NCBI GenBank assembly: GCA_963723195.1
Contig: CAVRPU010000014.1
Location: forward strand, 151,922-215,921
Direction: 5' to 3'
DNA from: an uncultured Actinomycetota bacterium
GTDB taxonomy: Bacteria; Actinomycetota; Actinomycetes; Propionibacteriales; Nocardioidaceae
DNA: 64,000 bases
In this document: piece after piece, positions 29,595 to 39,430 of the stretch
Numbering within the stretch: position 1 is the first letter of the stretch
Layout of the letters: each line of letters opens with the position of its first letter
Notes under the pieces: model-generated
What the model saw: only the letters and a program-made list of their open reading frames with translations
What the model was told of the DNA's origin: nothing
Databases searched by the model: none
Made by a program: the position numbers and the translations under genes

Positions 29595-30431
29595 TCATAG
29601 GGGCGAGACCTCGTCGGGCGAGAGGTTCGCGAACTTGTTGTTCCGCGCGCGCCGACGGTCGTTCCAACGGGCGATGATCTCGCTGACGAAGAAGAGCAGC
29701 ACCATCGGGACGGCCATGAACGTCATCGTGAACGGATCGGCCGACGGGGTGGCGATCGCGGCGAAGATGAACGAGCCGACGATGATCCACGGCCGGTACG
29801 CCGCCAGCTGCTTGCCCTTGACGACGCCGGCCAGGTTGAGCATCACGACGAAGACCGGGATCTCGAAGGCGATCCCGAAGACGAGCAGGGTCCGGGTGAA
29901 GAACTGGAGGTACTCGTTGAAGTCGACCAGGTTGGTGAGACCGTCCGGGTTCAGGCCGATCAGGATCTCCAGGCCCTTCGGGAGCGTCACGTAGCCCAGG
30001 AAGATGCCGAAGAAGAACAGCGGCGCGGCGACGGCGACGAAGATCCGCGACCACTTGCGTTCGTTGGGGTGCAGCCCCGGGAGGATGAACGCCCAGATCT
30101 GGTAGAGCCAGTAGGGGCTGGTGCCGATCAGGGCGGCGAACCCGCAGAGCTTCAGGTAGAGCAGGATGCCGCCGCCGGGCCCACTCGTCGTCGCGATGCT
30201 CTGCCCCTCGGGCAGCGCCTCCTGGGCCTGCAGGTAGGGACCGTAGACGAAGTCGTAGAGCTCCTCGAAGAAGAAGAGACTGATGAAGACGGCGAGGACC
30301 ATCACCATCGCGACGCGCAGGATCCGCGCCCGCAGCTCACGCAGGTGGTCGGAGAGCGCCATCCGACCGTCCGGCCCGACGGCGTGGACGGGCTTGCCGA
30401 CGAACAGGCCGACGAGGCCGGAGATGGACAC
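29595..30431 (-). CDS. tatC: Twin-arginine translocase subunit TatC
   Basis: Product has HLRELRARILRVAMVMVLAVFISLFFFEELYDFV...YLKLCGFAALIGTSPYWLYQIWAFILPGL...FGIAFEIPVFVVMLN. The start could instead be the internal ATG 30362. Confidence 0.9.
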   Translation of the reverse strand: MSISGLVGLFVGKPVHAVGPDGRMALSDHLRELRARILRVAMVMVLAVFISLFFFEELYDFVYGPYLQAQEALPEGQSIATTSGPGGGILLYLKLCGFAALIGTSPYWLYQIWAFILPGLHPNERKWSRIFVAVAAPLFFFGIFLGYVTLPKGLEILIGLNPDGLTNLVDFNEYLQFFTRTLLVFGIAFEIPVFVVMLNLAGVVKGKQLAAYRPWIIVGSFIFAAIATPSADPFTMTFMAVPMVLLFFVSEIIARWNDRRRARNNKFANLSPDEVSPL

Positions 30432-30462
30432 AGGGTGCGGGATGCTCGGGCGCGGGCCCGGG

Positions 30463-30732
30463 TCAGCCGTTGGTGGTGTCGGTCTGCCGGTCCTTGACCG
30501 AGGCCTCCTCGACGGTGTTCACCGGCGGGAGCTCGGCCGGTCGGTCGTCGACCTCAGGCGTGTCGTCGTCGTCGTCCTTGAGGCCCTTGGTCTCGCTCTT
30601 GAAGATCCGCAGCGCCTGGCCGGTGCCCCGTGCGAGGTCCGGGAGCTTGGCCGCCCCGAACACGAGCACGACGATCGCCAGGATCACGAGCCACTCGGCG
30701 CCCTGCGGCATACCGATCAGTGCGTTCATCAT
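30463..30732 (-). CDS. tatA: Twin-arginine translocase subunit TatA
   Basis: Product has GAEWLVILAIVVLVFGAAKLPDLARGTGQALRIFKSETKGL followed by an acidic tail. An alternative start is ATG 30711. Confidence 0.9.
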   Translation of the reverse strand: MMNALIGMPQGAEWLVILAIVVLVFGAAKLPDLARGTGQALRIFKSETKGLKDDDDDTPEVDDRPAELPPVNTVEEASVKDRQTDTTNG

Positions 30733-31778
30733 CCATCCTCGGAGGTCTCGGTGTTGGTGCCCATCGTACGCGGGTCAGGTGAATACAGGGCGAGCGTTCG
30801 CCGTACGGCGTCCGCGAACTCCTCCGCCGGCCCGTCCGGGCTGACGACTTCTGCGTGCGGCGCCAGCCGGAGCAGCAGCCGCTGGAGCCATCTCGGGTCG
30901 GCGACGAGGAGGTCCACCTCCAGTTCGTCGCCGTCGGCGCGGCGGATTGCCGTCGTCGGGTAGTACTCGGGCACCCAGCTCGCCTCGGGGGCGAGCCGGA
31001 GGGTCACGAGGGTCGCCTCCTCGGAGGTCTGGAACAGCCCGGCCGAGAGGTCGCGGGGCTCCTCCGCCGGCGTCTGCACGGCTGTGTCGAGCACCTCGGC
31101 GGCGAGCACCCGGTCGAGGCGGAAGAGCCGCGGCGCCTGTGCCGTGTGGCACCAGGCATCGAGGTAGACCGCGTTGCCGTCGGTGACCAGCCCGCGCGGG
31201 TCGACGACCCGGTCGGACTCCTCGTCGCGCGCGGGCACGTAGTAGCGCAGCCGCACCTGCCGCTGGCGGGCGACGGCGTCCTCCAGCGCGGTACGGGTCC
31301 GCGCCTTCTCGGCGTCGGCCACGTCGGCGTCGACGTCGGCGACCTCGACGGGCGGGATCGTGCCCTCGTCGGCGGCCGCCTCGAGCTTGGCGATCGTCCG
31401 GTCCACCACGTCGCGCGTGGTCTCGTCGGCGCTTGCCCTCAGCGCCCGCAGCGCCACCAACAGGGCCGTGGCCTCGGTGGGGGTCAGGCGCAGGGGCCGA
31501 GCCAGGTAGTCGGCGTTGGTGATGCGGATGACCCCGTCACCCTCGGTGGTCTCCAGCGCGTCGAGGTCGACGTCGATCAGGTCGTCGGGGTAGCCGCCGG
31601 GCAGCCCGCACATCAGCAGCACCTTGAGGTCGGCCAGCACCTGGGTGGGGTCGACGCCCAGGGCCCTCGAGGCGTCGTCGAGCCGCACGCCCTCGCGCGC
31701 GTGGAGGAAGGGCACCAGCCGCAGCAGGCGGGCCACCTGGTCCTTGGCGCCGCCGGCGCTCACCTGGACCGACGTCAT
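30729..31778 (-). CDS. pafC: PafC (HTH + WYL domain regulator)
   Basis: 349 aa. The start overlaps the pafB stop. WYL-like AVYLDAWCHTAQAPRLFRLDRV. Its position pafB-pafC-tatA-tatC matches other actinobacteria. Confidence 0.85.
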   Translation of the reverse strand: MTSVQVSAGGAKDQVARLLRLVPFLHAREGVRLDDASRALGVDPTQVLADLKVLLMCGLPGGYPDDLIDVDLDALETTEGDGVIRITNADYLARPLRLTPTEATALLVALRALRASADETTRDVVDRTIAKLEAAADEGTIPPVEVADVDADVADAEKARTRTALEDAVARQRQVRLRYYVPARDEESDRVVDPRGLVTDGNAVYLDAWCHTAQAPRLFRLDRVLAAEVLDTAVQTPAEEPRDLSAGLFQTSEEATLVTLRLAPEASWVPEYYPTTAIRRADGDELEVDLLVADPRWLQRLLLRLAPHAEVVSPDGPAEEFADAVRRTLALYSPDPRTMGTNTETSEDG

Positions 31779-32743
31779 GATGTGCCCCTCCCCGTCGCCG
31801 CGCGCAGCCGGCGCACGACCTCGTCGCGGACCGGTGCCGGCTCCTCGACCACCAGGGCGGGCCCGAGCGCGATCAGCTCATCGACCATCCAGGATCCCGG
31901 CGGCAGCTCCAGCCGGTCCCAGGCCTCGCCGTCCGGCCCGCCCACGCCGGTCTCGACGGCGGCTGCCTGCCGGCGCAGCACGGCGCCGGCACCGGGGCGC
32001 ACGAGCACCCGGGCGGTCTCGGTGGGCGGCGGTGGGGCGAGCCGCTCGGCGATCGCGCGGATGTCGGTGTCGGGTGGGATGGTGTAGCTGCCGGGACCAC
32101 CGTCCAGTCGCGCCGCGCCCACGACCCTCGACAGACGGAAGATCCGCTCGTCGTCGCGGTCGGTGTCCCACCCCACGGCGTACCACCGGCCCGAGAACCG
32201 CACGACCCCCCACGGCTGCAGGTGCCGGGTCATCGGCTCACGCCCGGCCCGTCGGTAGTCGAAGACGACCGCGGTGCGCTCGAGGGCCGCGGCCCAGAAC
32301 ACGTCGAAGGCAGGCTCGTCGGCCCCGATCCGCGGATCGCCGATGTCGAGAGCGTCCACGTCGACGGGGACGCCGTACGCCGTCAGCTTGCGGACCGCCT
32401 CCGTGGTGGCCGCCGCCAGCTTGGCGTGCCCCCACACCTTGGTGGCGAGGCCGACCACGGCGGCCTCGTCGGCCGTCAGCGCGATCTCGGGAAGGGCCAG
32501 CTGGTCGGGGCGGATCCGGTAGCCGGGCTCGTCGTCGAAGTAGGCGTCGATGCCTCCGACCTCGATGGGGACGCCAAGGCTGCGCAGCTCCTCCTTGTCA
32601 CGCTCGAACATCTTCTCGAAGGCGTCGTCCCCCGCGTCGGGGTACAGGATCTCGCGGATCCGGTCCTTGGCGACGTAGCGCTTCTGGACCAACAGCATGA
32701 TGAGCAGGTTGAAGAGCCGCTCGGTCTTCCTGCTGGTCTGCAT
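31775..32743 (-). CDS. pafB: PafB (HTH + WYL domain regulator)
   Basis: ATG 32743 opens MQTSRKTERLFNLLIMLLVQKRYVAKDRIREIL (wHTH). WYL region VVRFSGRWYAVGWDTDRDDERIFRLSRV. Confidence 0.85.
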   Translation of the reverse strand: MQTSRKTERLFNLLIMLLVQKRYVAKDRIREILYPDAGDDAFEKMFERDKEELRSLGVPIEVGGIDAYFDDEPGYRIRPDQLALPEIALTADEAAVVGLATKVWGHAKLAAATTEAVRKLTAYGVPVDVDALDIGDPRIGADEPAFDVFWAAALERTAVVFDYRRAGREPMTRHLQPWGVVRFSGRWYAVGWDTDRDDERIFRLSRVVGAARLDGGPGSYTIPPDTDIRAIAERLAPPPPTETARVLVRPGAGAVLRRQAAAVETGVGGPDGEAWDRLELPPGSWMVDELIALGPALVVEEPAPVRDEVVRRLRAATGRGTS

Positions 32744-32795
32744 GCTCTGGTCCTGCTCAGTGATGCGTCGAGAGCGGCGAGCCGCTCGAGGTGGG

Positions 32796-33743
32796 TCAGA
32801 GCGCGGCCAGGACGTCGACGACGAAGTACAGCGTGTCGGTGCCCTTGATGCCCGCGTCCTTGTTGCCTTCCTCGCCGTAGCCGAGCTCCGGCGGGACGGC
32901 GAGGATGACCCGGCTGCCGACCGGGACACCCTTGAGGCCCTGGTCCCAGCCCTTGACGACCCCGCCCGCGCCGAGCTCGAAGTCGAGGGGCTCGCCGCGT
33001 GGGTAGGACGCGTCGAAGGGCGCCTTGCCGTCGTAGACCTGGCCGAGGTAGTTGACGTAGACGGTCTGCCCGTTCTCGGTCGCCGGGCCCTCGCCCTCGA
33101 TCAGGGTCGTGACGCGGAGCTTGTCGTTGGGCTCCGGCGTGCCCTTGAAGTCCAGTGCGGTCGGGGTGTCGCCACCCACCACGGCGGGCGCCCAGGACGC
33201 AGGGTCCTGGTCGCTGCCGGACGGGCCGTCGGGCAGCAGGCTGACGATGTCGACCACGAACAGCACCGGGTCCTCGTTGCCGATGCCGAGCTGCGCGTTG
33301 CCCTGCTCTCCGAAGGCGTCCTCCGGCGGCGCCGCGACCGCAACCCTGCTGCCGATCGTCCTGCCCTCGATCGCCTCGGTGAGCGCGGGGGTCATGTCGG
33401 CGCCTGCCGTGAGCAGATCGGGCTTGGCGTCCTCGCCGAAGGTGGAGTAGGCCTTGGTCTCGGTGAAGCCGTTGCCCAGCCACAGCCGCGTGAAGACCTT
33501 CTGACCGTCCTCGAGCTCGGCACCGTCGCCCTCGATGACGACCTCCGACTCGAGCTCGCTCGGGTCGAAGTCACCGTCCCAGGTCACCTCGGGCTCCACT
33601 CCGAACTCACCGCTGACCGTCACCGCCGACAGGCCCTCGCCGCCAGCGTCGTCGCCGGACCCGGTGTCGTCACCGCAGGCTCCGAGGAGCACCGCCGGAA
33701 GCACGAGCAGGGTGGTCAGACCACGGGTGGTGCGTCGAGACAC
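32796..33743 (-). CDS. FKBP-type peptidyl-prolyl isomerase lipoprotein (two FKBP-like halves)
   Basis: Signal peptide plus lipobox LPAVLLGAC. The C-terminal FKBP_C region is GQTVYVNYLGQVYDGKAPFDASYPRGEPLDFELGAGGVVKGWDQGLKGVPVGSRVILAVPPELGYG. Confidence 0.85.
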   Translation of the reverse strand: MSRRTTRGLTTLLVLPAVLLGACGDDTGSGDDAGGEGLSAVTVSGEFGVEPEVTWDGDFDPSELESEVVIEGDGAELEDGQKVFTRLWLGNGFTETKAYSTFGEDAKPDLLTAGADMTPALTEAIEGRTIGSRVAVAAPPEDAFGEQGNAQLGIGNEDPVLFVVDIVSLLPDGPSGSDQDPASWAPAVVGGDTPTALDFKGTPEPNDKLRVTTLIEGEGPATENGQTVYVNYLGQVYDGKAPFDASYPRGEPLDFELGAGGVVKGWDQGLKGVPVGSRVILAVPPELGYGEEGNKDAGIKGTDTLYFVVDVLAAL

Positions 33744-33837
33744 GGAGTCGTCACTTTCTGTCCAGCATGAGATCGGTCGTGAAGCGTCAGATCGGCGGGG
33801 TCACCCTACCCGGGCGTCCCAGCCGGTCCGACGCCGG

Positions 33838-35199
33838 TCACATGCCGTCGATGAGGCGCTGGACCCGCTCGTCGTGACTGCGGAACGGGTCCTTGCACAG
33901 GACCGTCCGCTGGGCCTGGTCGTTGAGCTTGAGGTGCACCCAGTCGACGGTGAAGTCGCGGCGACGCTCCTGGGCCTTGCGGATGAACTCGCCGCGCAGG
34001 CGCGCCCGCGTGGTCTGCGGCGGGACCGACTTGGCCTCGAAGATCTTCAGGTCGGTGGTCACGCGGGCGACCGCTCCCCGCTTCTCCAGCAGGTAGTAGA
34101 GACCGCGCTCGCGGTGGATGTCGTGGTAGGCGAGGTCGAGCTGTGCCACGCGCGGGTGACCGAGCGGGATGCCGTGCTTGGCCCGGTAGCGGTCGATCAG
34201 CTTCCACTTGATGACCCAGTCGATCTCGCGGTCGACCAGGCCCAGGTCATCGGACTCGATGGCCTTCAGACCGCGCTCCCACAGGTCCAGGGCGCGTTCG
34301 ATGACCGGCGTGCTGATCGCGCGACGGTCGACGAAGTCGCGCGCCTTGGCGAGGTACTCCCCCTGGATCTCCAGCGCACTGGCCTCGCGGCCGTTGACCA
34401 GCCGCACCTTGCGGCGGCCGGTGACATCGTGGGAGATCTCGCGGATCGCGCGGATGGGGTTCTCCATCGAGAGGTCGCGCATCACCACGCCCTCCTCGAT
34501 CATCCGCAGCACCAGGTCGCAGGTCGCGACCTTCAGCAGCGTGGTCGTCTCGCTCATGTTGGAGTCGCCGACGATGACGTGCAGCCGGCGGTACTTCTCC
34601 GCGTCGGCGTGGGGTTCGTCGCGCGTGTTGATGATCGGCCGGCTCCGGGTCGTCGCGCTGGAGACGCCTTCCCAGATGTGCTCCGCGCGCTGGCTCACCG
34701 AGTACAGCGCACCACGTGGCGTCTGGGTCACCTTGCCGGCGCCGACGATGATCTGCCGGGTCACCAGGAAGGGGATCAGGATGTCGGCGAGGCGCGTGAA
34801 CTCACCCGCGCGGCTCACCAGGTAGTTCTCGTGGCAGCCGTAGGAGTTGCCGGCCGAGTCGGTGTTGTTCTTGAAGAGGTAGATGTCGCCGGCGATGCCC
34901 TCGTCGTGCAGCCGCTGCTCGGCATCCTGGAGGAGCCCCTCCAGGACGCGCTCGCCTGCCTTGTCGTGGGTGACGAGCTCGTTGATGTCGTCACACTCGG
35001 GAGTGGCGTACTCGGGATGGCTGCCGACGTCGAGATAGAGGCGCGCCCCGTTGCGGAGGAAGACGTTGCTGCTGCGTCCCCAGCTGACCACCTTGCGGAA
35101 CAGGTAGCGCGCGACCTCGTCGGGGCTCAGCCGGCGCTGGCCGCGAAACGTGCACGTCACGCCGTACTCGTTCTCGATGCCGAAGATGCGCCGGTCCAC
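33838..35199 (-). CDS. pafA: Pup--protein ligase PafA
   Basis: GTG 35199 opens [16 protein letters not shown]. The product also has [57 protein letters not shown]. 453 aa, intact. Confidence 0.95.
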   Translation of the reverse strand: MDRRIFGIENEYGVTCTFRGQRRLSPDEVARYLFRKVVSWGRSSNVFLRNGARLYLDVGSHPEYATPECDDINELVTHDKAGERVLEGLLQDAEQRLHDEGIAGDIYLFKNNTDSAGNSYGCHENYLVSRAGEFTRLADILIPFLVTRQIIVGAGKVTQTPRGALYSVSQRAEHIWEGVSSATTRSRPIINTRDEPHADAEKYRRLHVIVGDSNMSETTTLLKVATCDLVLRMIEEGVVMRDLSMENPIRAIREISHDVTGRRKVRLVNGREASALEIQGEYLAKARDFVDRRAISTPVIERALDLWERGLKAIESDDLGLVDREIDWVIKWKLIDRYRAKHGIPLGHPRVAQLDLAYHDIHRERGLYYLLEKRGAVARVTTDLKIFEAKSVPPQTTRARLRGEFIRKAQERRRDFTVDWVHLKLNDQAQRTVLCKDPFRSHDERVQRLIDGM

Positions 35200-35258
35200 G
35201 TGGCCAGACTAGACGCCGATCGGTGGCATCGTGCCGTTCTACGCGCGCGGCGGGCGCG

Positions 35259-36281
35259 TCAGGCGTGGATCTCGCCCGGCTCCTCGGGCGGTGGCGGCGT
35301 GCCGGGCTGCACCGGCGGGGTGCCGGGGCCCGGAGCAGGAGGCTCCGGCGGAGTCGACGGACCCGGTTGGACCGGGTCGATCGGCTCGGGCCGCGGAGCG
35401 GCCGGCTGCCCGGGCGGGGCGATCGGCGGCGCCACGGCCGGCTCGCCGGTCACCGGGTTCTCCAACGGCGGGGTCTCCCCGCTGACCTGGTCGGTCGGGT
35501 CGGCCGCGTCGTCCGGGGCCGGCTCCTGCTTGGGGAGCGCGTCGTCGCTGGGCTCCGGCGTCGCGGGGCCGCGCTCGCCCAGGAGCGCGTCGAGACGCTG
35601 TCCGACCAGCCGGACGAACTTGCGCGGCCGCGTGCGGGTGCGGTCGAGGACCGCGACCTCGAGGTGCGCGGTCGGGATCACCCGTTCGGACGCCGACCCC
35701 TTCTCGTCGGGGGTCTGGCCCAGCGCACGCACGGCGAGCCGCACCGCCTCCTCCAGGGTGGCACCCTCGCGGTAGTGCTCCTTGAGGTACGCCGCCACCA
35801 CGTCGGTGACGCCGCCCATCACGGTGTACTGGTGCTCGTCGCCGACCTGCCCGTCATAGGTGAGCCGGTAGATCTGGTCGACGTCCGCGGTGTCGCCCAC
35901 CTCGGCCACGATGATCTCGACCTCGTAGGGCTTCTCGCCGCCACTGGAGAAGATCGTGCCGAGGGTCTGGGCGTAGGCGTTGGCGAGGCCACGTCCGGTC
36001 ACGTCGCGCCGGTCGTAGGCGTAGCCGCGCATGTCGGCGAGACGGACCCCGGCGATGCGGAGGTTCTCGAACTCGTTGTAGCGGCCCACCGCAGCGAAGG
36101 CGACCCGGTCGTAGATCTCCGAGACCTTGTGGAGCGCCTGGGAGGGGTTCTCGGAGACGAACAGGATGCCATCGGCGTACTGGACCGTCACGACAGACCG
36201 GCCCCGGGCGATGCCCTTGCGCGCGAAGTCGGCCCGGTCCTTCATCAGCTGCTCGGGCGAGACGTAGAACGGCATGCTCAT
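35259..36281 (-). CDS. prcA: Proteasome alpha subunit with about 100-aa Pro-rich C-terminal extension
   Basis: ATG 36281 follows GGAGG and opens [31 protein letters not shown], collinear with Mtb PrcA. The tail from about 35570 is PATPEPSDD...[56 protein letters not shown]. Confidence 0.9.
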   Translation of the reverse strand: MSMPFYVSPEQLMKDRADFARKGIARGRSVVTVQYADGILFVSENPSQALHKVSEIYDRVAFAAVGRYNEFENLRIAGVRLADMRGYAYDRRDVTGRGLANAYAQTLGTIFSSGGEKPYEVEIIVAEVGDTADVDQIYRLTYDGQVGDEHQYTVMGGVTDVVAAYLKEHYREGATLEEAVRLAVRALGQTPDEKGSASERVIPTAHLEVAVLDRTRTRPRKFVRLVGQRLDALLGERGPATPEPSDDALPKQEPAPDDAADPTDQVSGETPPLENPVTGEPAVAPPIAPPGQPAAPRPEPIDPVQPGPSTPPEPPAPGPGTPPVQPGTPPPPEEPGEIHA

Positions 36282-36443
36282 GGACGGCCTCCGGCCGCCC
36301 ATGAGCATGCCGGGGCATGGCTCTCTTTAATGGTTGGACGGCCTCCGGCCGCCCATGAGCATGCCGGGGCATGGCTCTCTTTAATGGTTGGACGGCCTCC
36401 GGCCGCCCATGAGCTTGCCGGGGCATAGCTCTTCTTGATGGTT
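36282..36443. repeat. 54-bp tandem repeat x3 in the prcB-prcA spacer
   Basis: Units at 36282-36335 and 36336-36389 are identical (ggacggcctccggccgcccatgagcatgccggggcatggctctctttaatggtt). The third unit, 36390-36443, has 4 mismatches. Unit 1 abuts the prcA start and carries its GGAGG on the coding strand. Confidence 0.9.
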
Positions 36444-36495
36444 CCCTCGCTTCGCTCGGTCACGGGCTCGCTTCGCTCGCTCTCCACCTTGACTC

Positions 36496-37338
36496 CTACG
36501 TAAGGGCAGCTGCAGGGCCGTCGGGCCGCGTCATCCGGCCCGCGAGCACCGCATCGGCGATGTCGGCGACCTCGCTGTCGGACATCCGGCGACCGCCGAC
36601 CTCGGTGATCACGTGGACGACGGGGAAGATCCGCCGGGTGATGTCGGGGCCGCCGGTGGCCGAGTCGTCGTCGGCCGCGTCGTAGAGCGCCTGGACCGCC
36701 GCCGTCGCGCACTCGACCTCGGCGAAGTCGTCGCGGTAGAGCTTCTTGAGCGACCCGCGCGCGAACAGGGAGCCCGAGCCCACCGAGTGGAAGGCCGTCT
36801 CCTCGTAGCGACCGCCGGTCACGTCGTAGGAGAAGATCCGGCCCTGCTCGGCGTCGGAGTCGTAGCCGGCGAACAGTGGCACGACGGCGAGGCCCTGCAT
36901 CGCCATCCCGAGGTTCGCGCGGATCAGTGCGGCGAGTCGGTTGGCCTTGCCGTCCATCGAGAGGGTGGTGCCCTCGATCTTCTCGTAGTGCTCGAGCTCG
37001 GTCTGGAAGAGGCGGACCATCTCGACGGCGAGGCCGGCGGAGCCGGCGATGCCGACGGCGGAGTACTCGTCAGCGGGGAACACCTTCTGGATGTCGCGCT
37101 GGGCGATGATGTTGCCCATCGTCGCCCGACGGTCGCCGGCCATGACCACGCCGCCGGGGAAGGTCGCCGCCACGATCGTGGTGCCATGCGGCGCCAGGTC
37201 CGCGGCGTTCCCGGACGGCACGGCCCGACGGGACGGCAGCAGGTCGGGGGCCTGGGCGCCCAGGAAGTCGGTGAAGCTGGAGATGCCGGACAGCAGGTCC
37301 GTCGCGGGCAGGCGGGGGTCGCTCGACGGGGCGGTCAA
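36496..37338 (-). CDS. prcB: Proteasome beta subunit (with propeptide)
   Basis: The TTG/first codon is at 37338, 4 nt after the pup stop. The propeptide is followed by the active-site [23 protein letters not shown]. 280 aa, intact. Confidence 0.9.
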   Translation of the reverse strand: MTAPSSDPRLPATDLLSGISSFTDFLGAQAPDLLPSRRAVPSGNAADLAPHGTTIVAATFPGGVVMAGDRRATMGNIIAQRDIQKVFPADEYSAVGIAGSAGLAVEMVRLFQTELEHYEKIEGTTLSMDGKANRLAALIRANLGMAMQGLAVVPLFAGYDSDAEQGRIFSYDVTGGRYEETAFHSVGSGSLFARGSLKKLYRDDFAEVECATAAVQALYDAADDDSATGGPDITRRIFPVVHVITEVGGRRMSDSEVADIADAVLAGRMTRPDGPAAALT

Positions 37339-37342
37339 GGAG

Positions 37343-37540
37343 TCACTCCCCGCCCTTCTGGATGAACGACTTCACGAAGTCCTCGGCGTTGGACTCCAGC
37401 ACCTCGTCGATCTCGTCGAGGATGGCGTCCACGTCGTCGTCGAGGGCCTCCTTGCGCTCGGCGACGTCGGACTCGGTGACCGCCTCGGTCGCCTCCTCGG
37501 ACTCCGTCGACCTGCGCGGCTGCTTCTGCTCCTGTGCCAT
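37343..37540 (-). CDS. pup: Prokaryotic ubiquitin-like protein Pup (C-terminal GGE)
   Basis: 65 aa: [16 protein letters not shown]...[30 protein letters not shown]. Confidence 0.95.
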   Translation of the reverse strand: MAQEQKQPRRSTESEEATEAVTESDVAERKEALDDDVDAILDEIDEVLESNAEDFVKSFIQKGGE

Positions 37541-37616
37541 ACCTAGACCCTAGTGCCCACTCGCCACGAGGGGTGACACCCGTGGACCGTGCCGCGCGAT
37601 TGAGAAGAAGGAGAAC

Positions 37617-37648
37617 TCAGCCGGCCCGTCAGCCCGTCAGCCCGTCAG
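37617..37648 (-). repeat. 8-bp tandem repeat (tgacgggc on coding strand) x3 at the dop stop
   Basis: The plus strand reads cccgtcag at 37625-37632, 37633-37640 and 37641-37648. On the minus strand this gives TGA at 37647, 37639 and 37631, one in each reading frame, plus a further TGA at 37619. Confidence 0.8.
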
Positions 37649-39153
37649 CCGGTCAGGGCGGTGAAGAGCGCCTCGGCGGTGTCACAGCGGTCGATCAGGT
37701 CGCCCACGTGGGCGCGGGTGCCACGGAGCGGGTCGATGGTGGGCACCCGCTGGAGCGACTCGCGGCCGGGCAGGTCGAAGATCACGGAGTCCCAGGACGC
37801 CGCGGCCACCGAGTCGGCGTACTTCTCCAGGCACCGGCCGCGGAAGTAGGCCCTGGTGTCCTCCGGCGGGTCGTGCATCGCCGACTCGATCACGGTGTCG
37901 TCGAGGAGCCGGATGATCCGCCCGGCCCGAGCGAGCCGGTGGTAGAGCCCCTTCTCCGGCCTGATGTCGGCGTACTGCAGGTCGATGAGGTGCAGCTTGG
38001 CGTCGTCCCAGGCGAGCCCGTCGCGGTCGCGGTAGCCGTTGAGCAGCTTGAGCTTGGCCACCCAGTCGAGCTCCTCGGCGCAGAGCATCGGGTCCTGCTC
38101 GAGCCGGTCGAGCACCGACTCCCAGCGAGCGAGCACGTCGAGGGTCTGCGGGTCCGCGTCGCTGCCGAGACGGTCCTCGACGTGCTTGCGGGCCAGGTCG
38201 AGGTACTCCATCTGCAGCTGGACCGCCGTCATCCGCCGTCCGTCGGTGAGCGTGACCAGCTGCTTGAGGGTGGGGTCGTGAGAGACCGCGCGCAGCGCCG
38301 CGACCGAGCCCTCGACCGTGAGGTCGACGTTGATGAACCGGTCCTCGATCATCGCGAGCACCAGCGCGGTCGTGCCGAGCTTGAGGTACGTCGACACCTC
38401 GGCCAGGTTGGCGTCGCCGATGATCACGTGGAGGCGCCGGTAGCGCTCGGGGTCGGCGTGCGGCTCGTCGCGGGTGTTGATGATCGGGCGCTTGAGCGTG
38501 GTCTCGAGCCCGACCTCGACCTCGAAGTAGTCGGCGCGCTGGCTGACCTGGAAGCCGTGCTCCCGACCGTCCTGGCCGATGCCCACCCGACCGGCCCCGC
38601 AGACGACCTGGCGCGAGACGAAGAACGGCGTGAGGTGTCGGACGATGTCGCCGAAGGGGGTGGACCGGCGCATCAGGAAGTTCTCGTGGGCGCCGTAGGA
38701 GGCACCCTTGTTGTCGGTGTTGTTCTTGTAGAGGACCAGCTGTGCCGCCCCCGGCACCTGGCCGGCGCGGATCGCGGCATCGAGCATCACCTGCTCCCCG
38801 GCCTTGTCCCACCGGACGATGTCGAGGGGGGTGGTCACCTCGGGCGTGGAGTACTCGGGGTGCGCGTGGTCGACGTAGAGCCGCGCGCCGTTGGTCAAGA
38901 TGACGTTGGCCAGCCCCAGGTCCTCGTCGGTGAGCTGGGTGGGATCCGCGATCTGCCGCGACATGTCGAAGCCCCGAGCGTCGCGCAGCGGCGACTCCTC
39001 CTCGAAGTCCCACCGCGCCCGGCGAGCCCGGACCGTCGCGGAGGCGTAGGCGTTGACCACCTGCGAGGACGCGACCATCTGGTTGGCCAGCGGCTGGCCG
39101 ACGACGGAGATGCCGTACTCGATCTCCGTCCCCATCACCCGCCGCACGCTCAC
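37645..39153 (-). CDS. dop: Pup deamidase/depupylase Dop
   Basis: GTG 39153 opens [17 protein letters not shown]. The product also has [55 protein letters not shown]. 502 aa, intact. Confidence 0.95.
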   Translation of the reverse strand: MSVRRVMGTEIEYGISVVGQPLANQMVASSQVVNAYASATVRARRARWDFEEESPLRDARGFDMSRQIADPTQLTDEDLGLANVILTNGARLYVDHAHPEYSTPEVTTPLDIVRWDKAGEQVMLDAAIRAGQVPGAAQLVLYKNNTDNKGASYGAHENFLMRRSTPFGDIVRHLTPFFVSRQVVCGAGRVGIGQDGREHGFQVSQRADYFEVEVGLETTLKRPIINTRDEPHADPERYRRLHVIIGDANLAEVSTYLKLGTTALVLAMIEDRFINVDLTVEGSVAALRAVSHDPTLKQLVTLTDGRRMTAVQLQMEYLDLARKHVEDRLGSDADPQTLDVLARWESVLDRLEQDPMLCAEELDWVAKLKLLNGYRDRDGLAWDDAKLHLIDLQYADIRPEKGLYHRLARAGRIIRLLDDTVIESAMHDPPEDTRAYFRGRCLEKYADSVAAASWDSVIFDLPGRESLQRVPTIDPLRGTRAHVGDLIDRCDTAEALFTALTG

Positions 39154-39228
39154 GTCACGAGCCTAGGTGACTGCTGGAGAATCCGCTCGCGCCACCGATC
39201 GCGCTTGCGCAGGTTTTCGAGACAGGGG

Positions 39229-39309
39229 CTATCCCCGGCGGCGGCGCATCAGCATCGAGGCCACGACGACGATGGCCACGATCACCAGGATGATCAGCAG
39301 GATCCTCAT
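39229..39309 (-). CDS. Candidate 26-aa single-TM micropeptide upstream of dop
   Basis: ATG 39309 is preceded by GGAGGAGAGGGAG. The product is MRILLIILVIVAIVVVASMLMRRRRG, ending at TAG 39231-39229. It is not in the ORF track (<60 aa). The hydrophobic core plus RRRR anchor is typical of small membrane proteins. Confidence 0.3.
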   Translation of the reverse strand: MRILLIILVIVAIVVVASMLMRRRRG

Positions 39310-39430
39310 GGAGCACTCCCTCTCCTCCGCCCTCGTCGAGGCGGGCTGCCTTCATTGGATCGTGGGCCGTGGACCGCCACACCATCCAGAGGGGTGGGGC
39401 GGCTGCGGTCACGGCGACCAGCCTCGCGGC

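Noticed and set aside
36278-36712. ORFs reading through the 54-bp repeats (35854-36426, 36278-36712, and plus-strand 35223-36428) as repeat-containing proteins.
   Set aside because: They overlap prcA or prcB out of frame and have no independent start context. Their open frames are explained by the 18-codon periodicity of the repeat.
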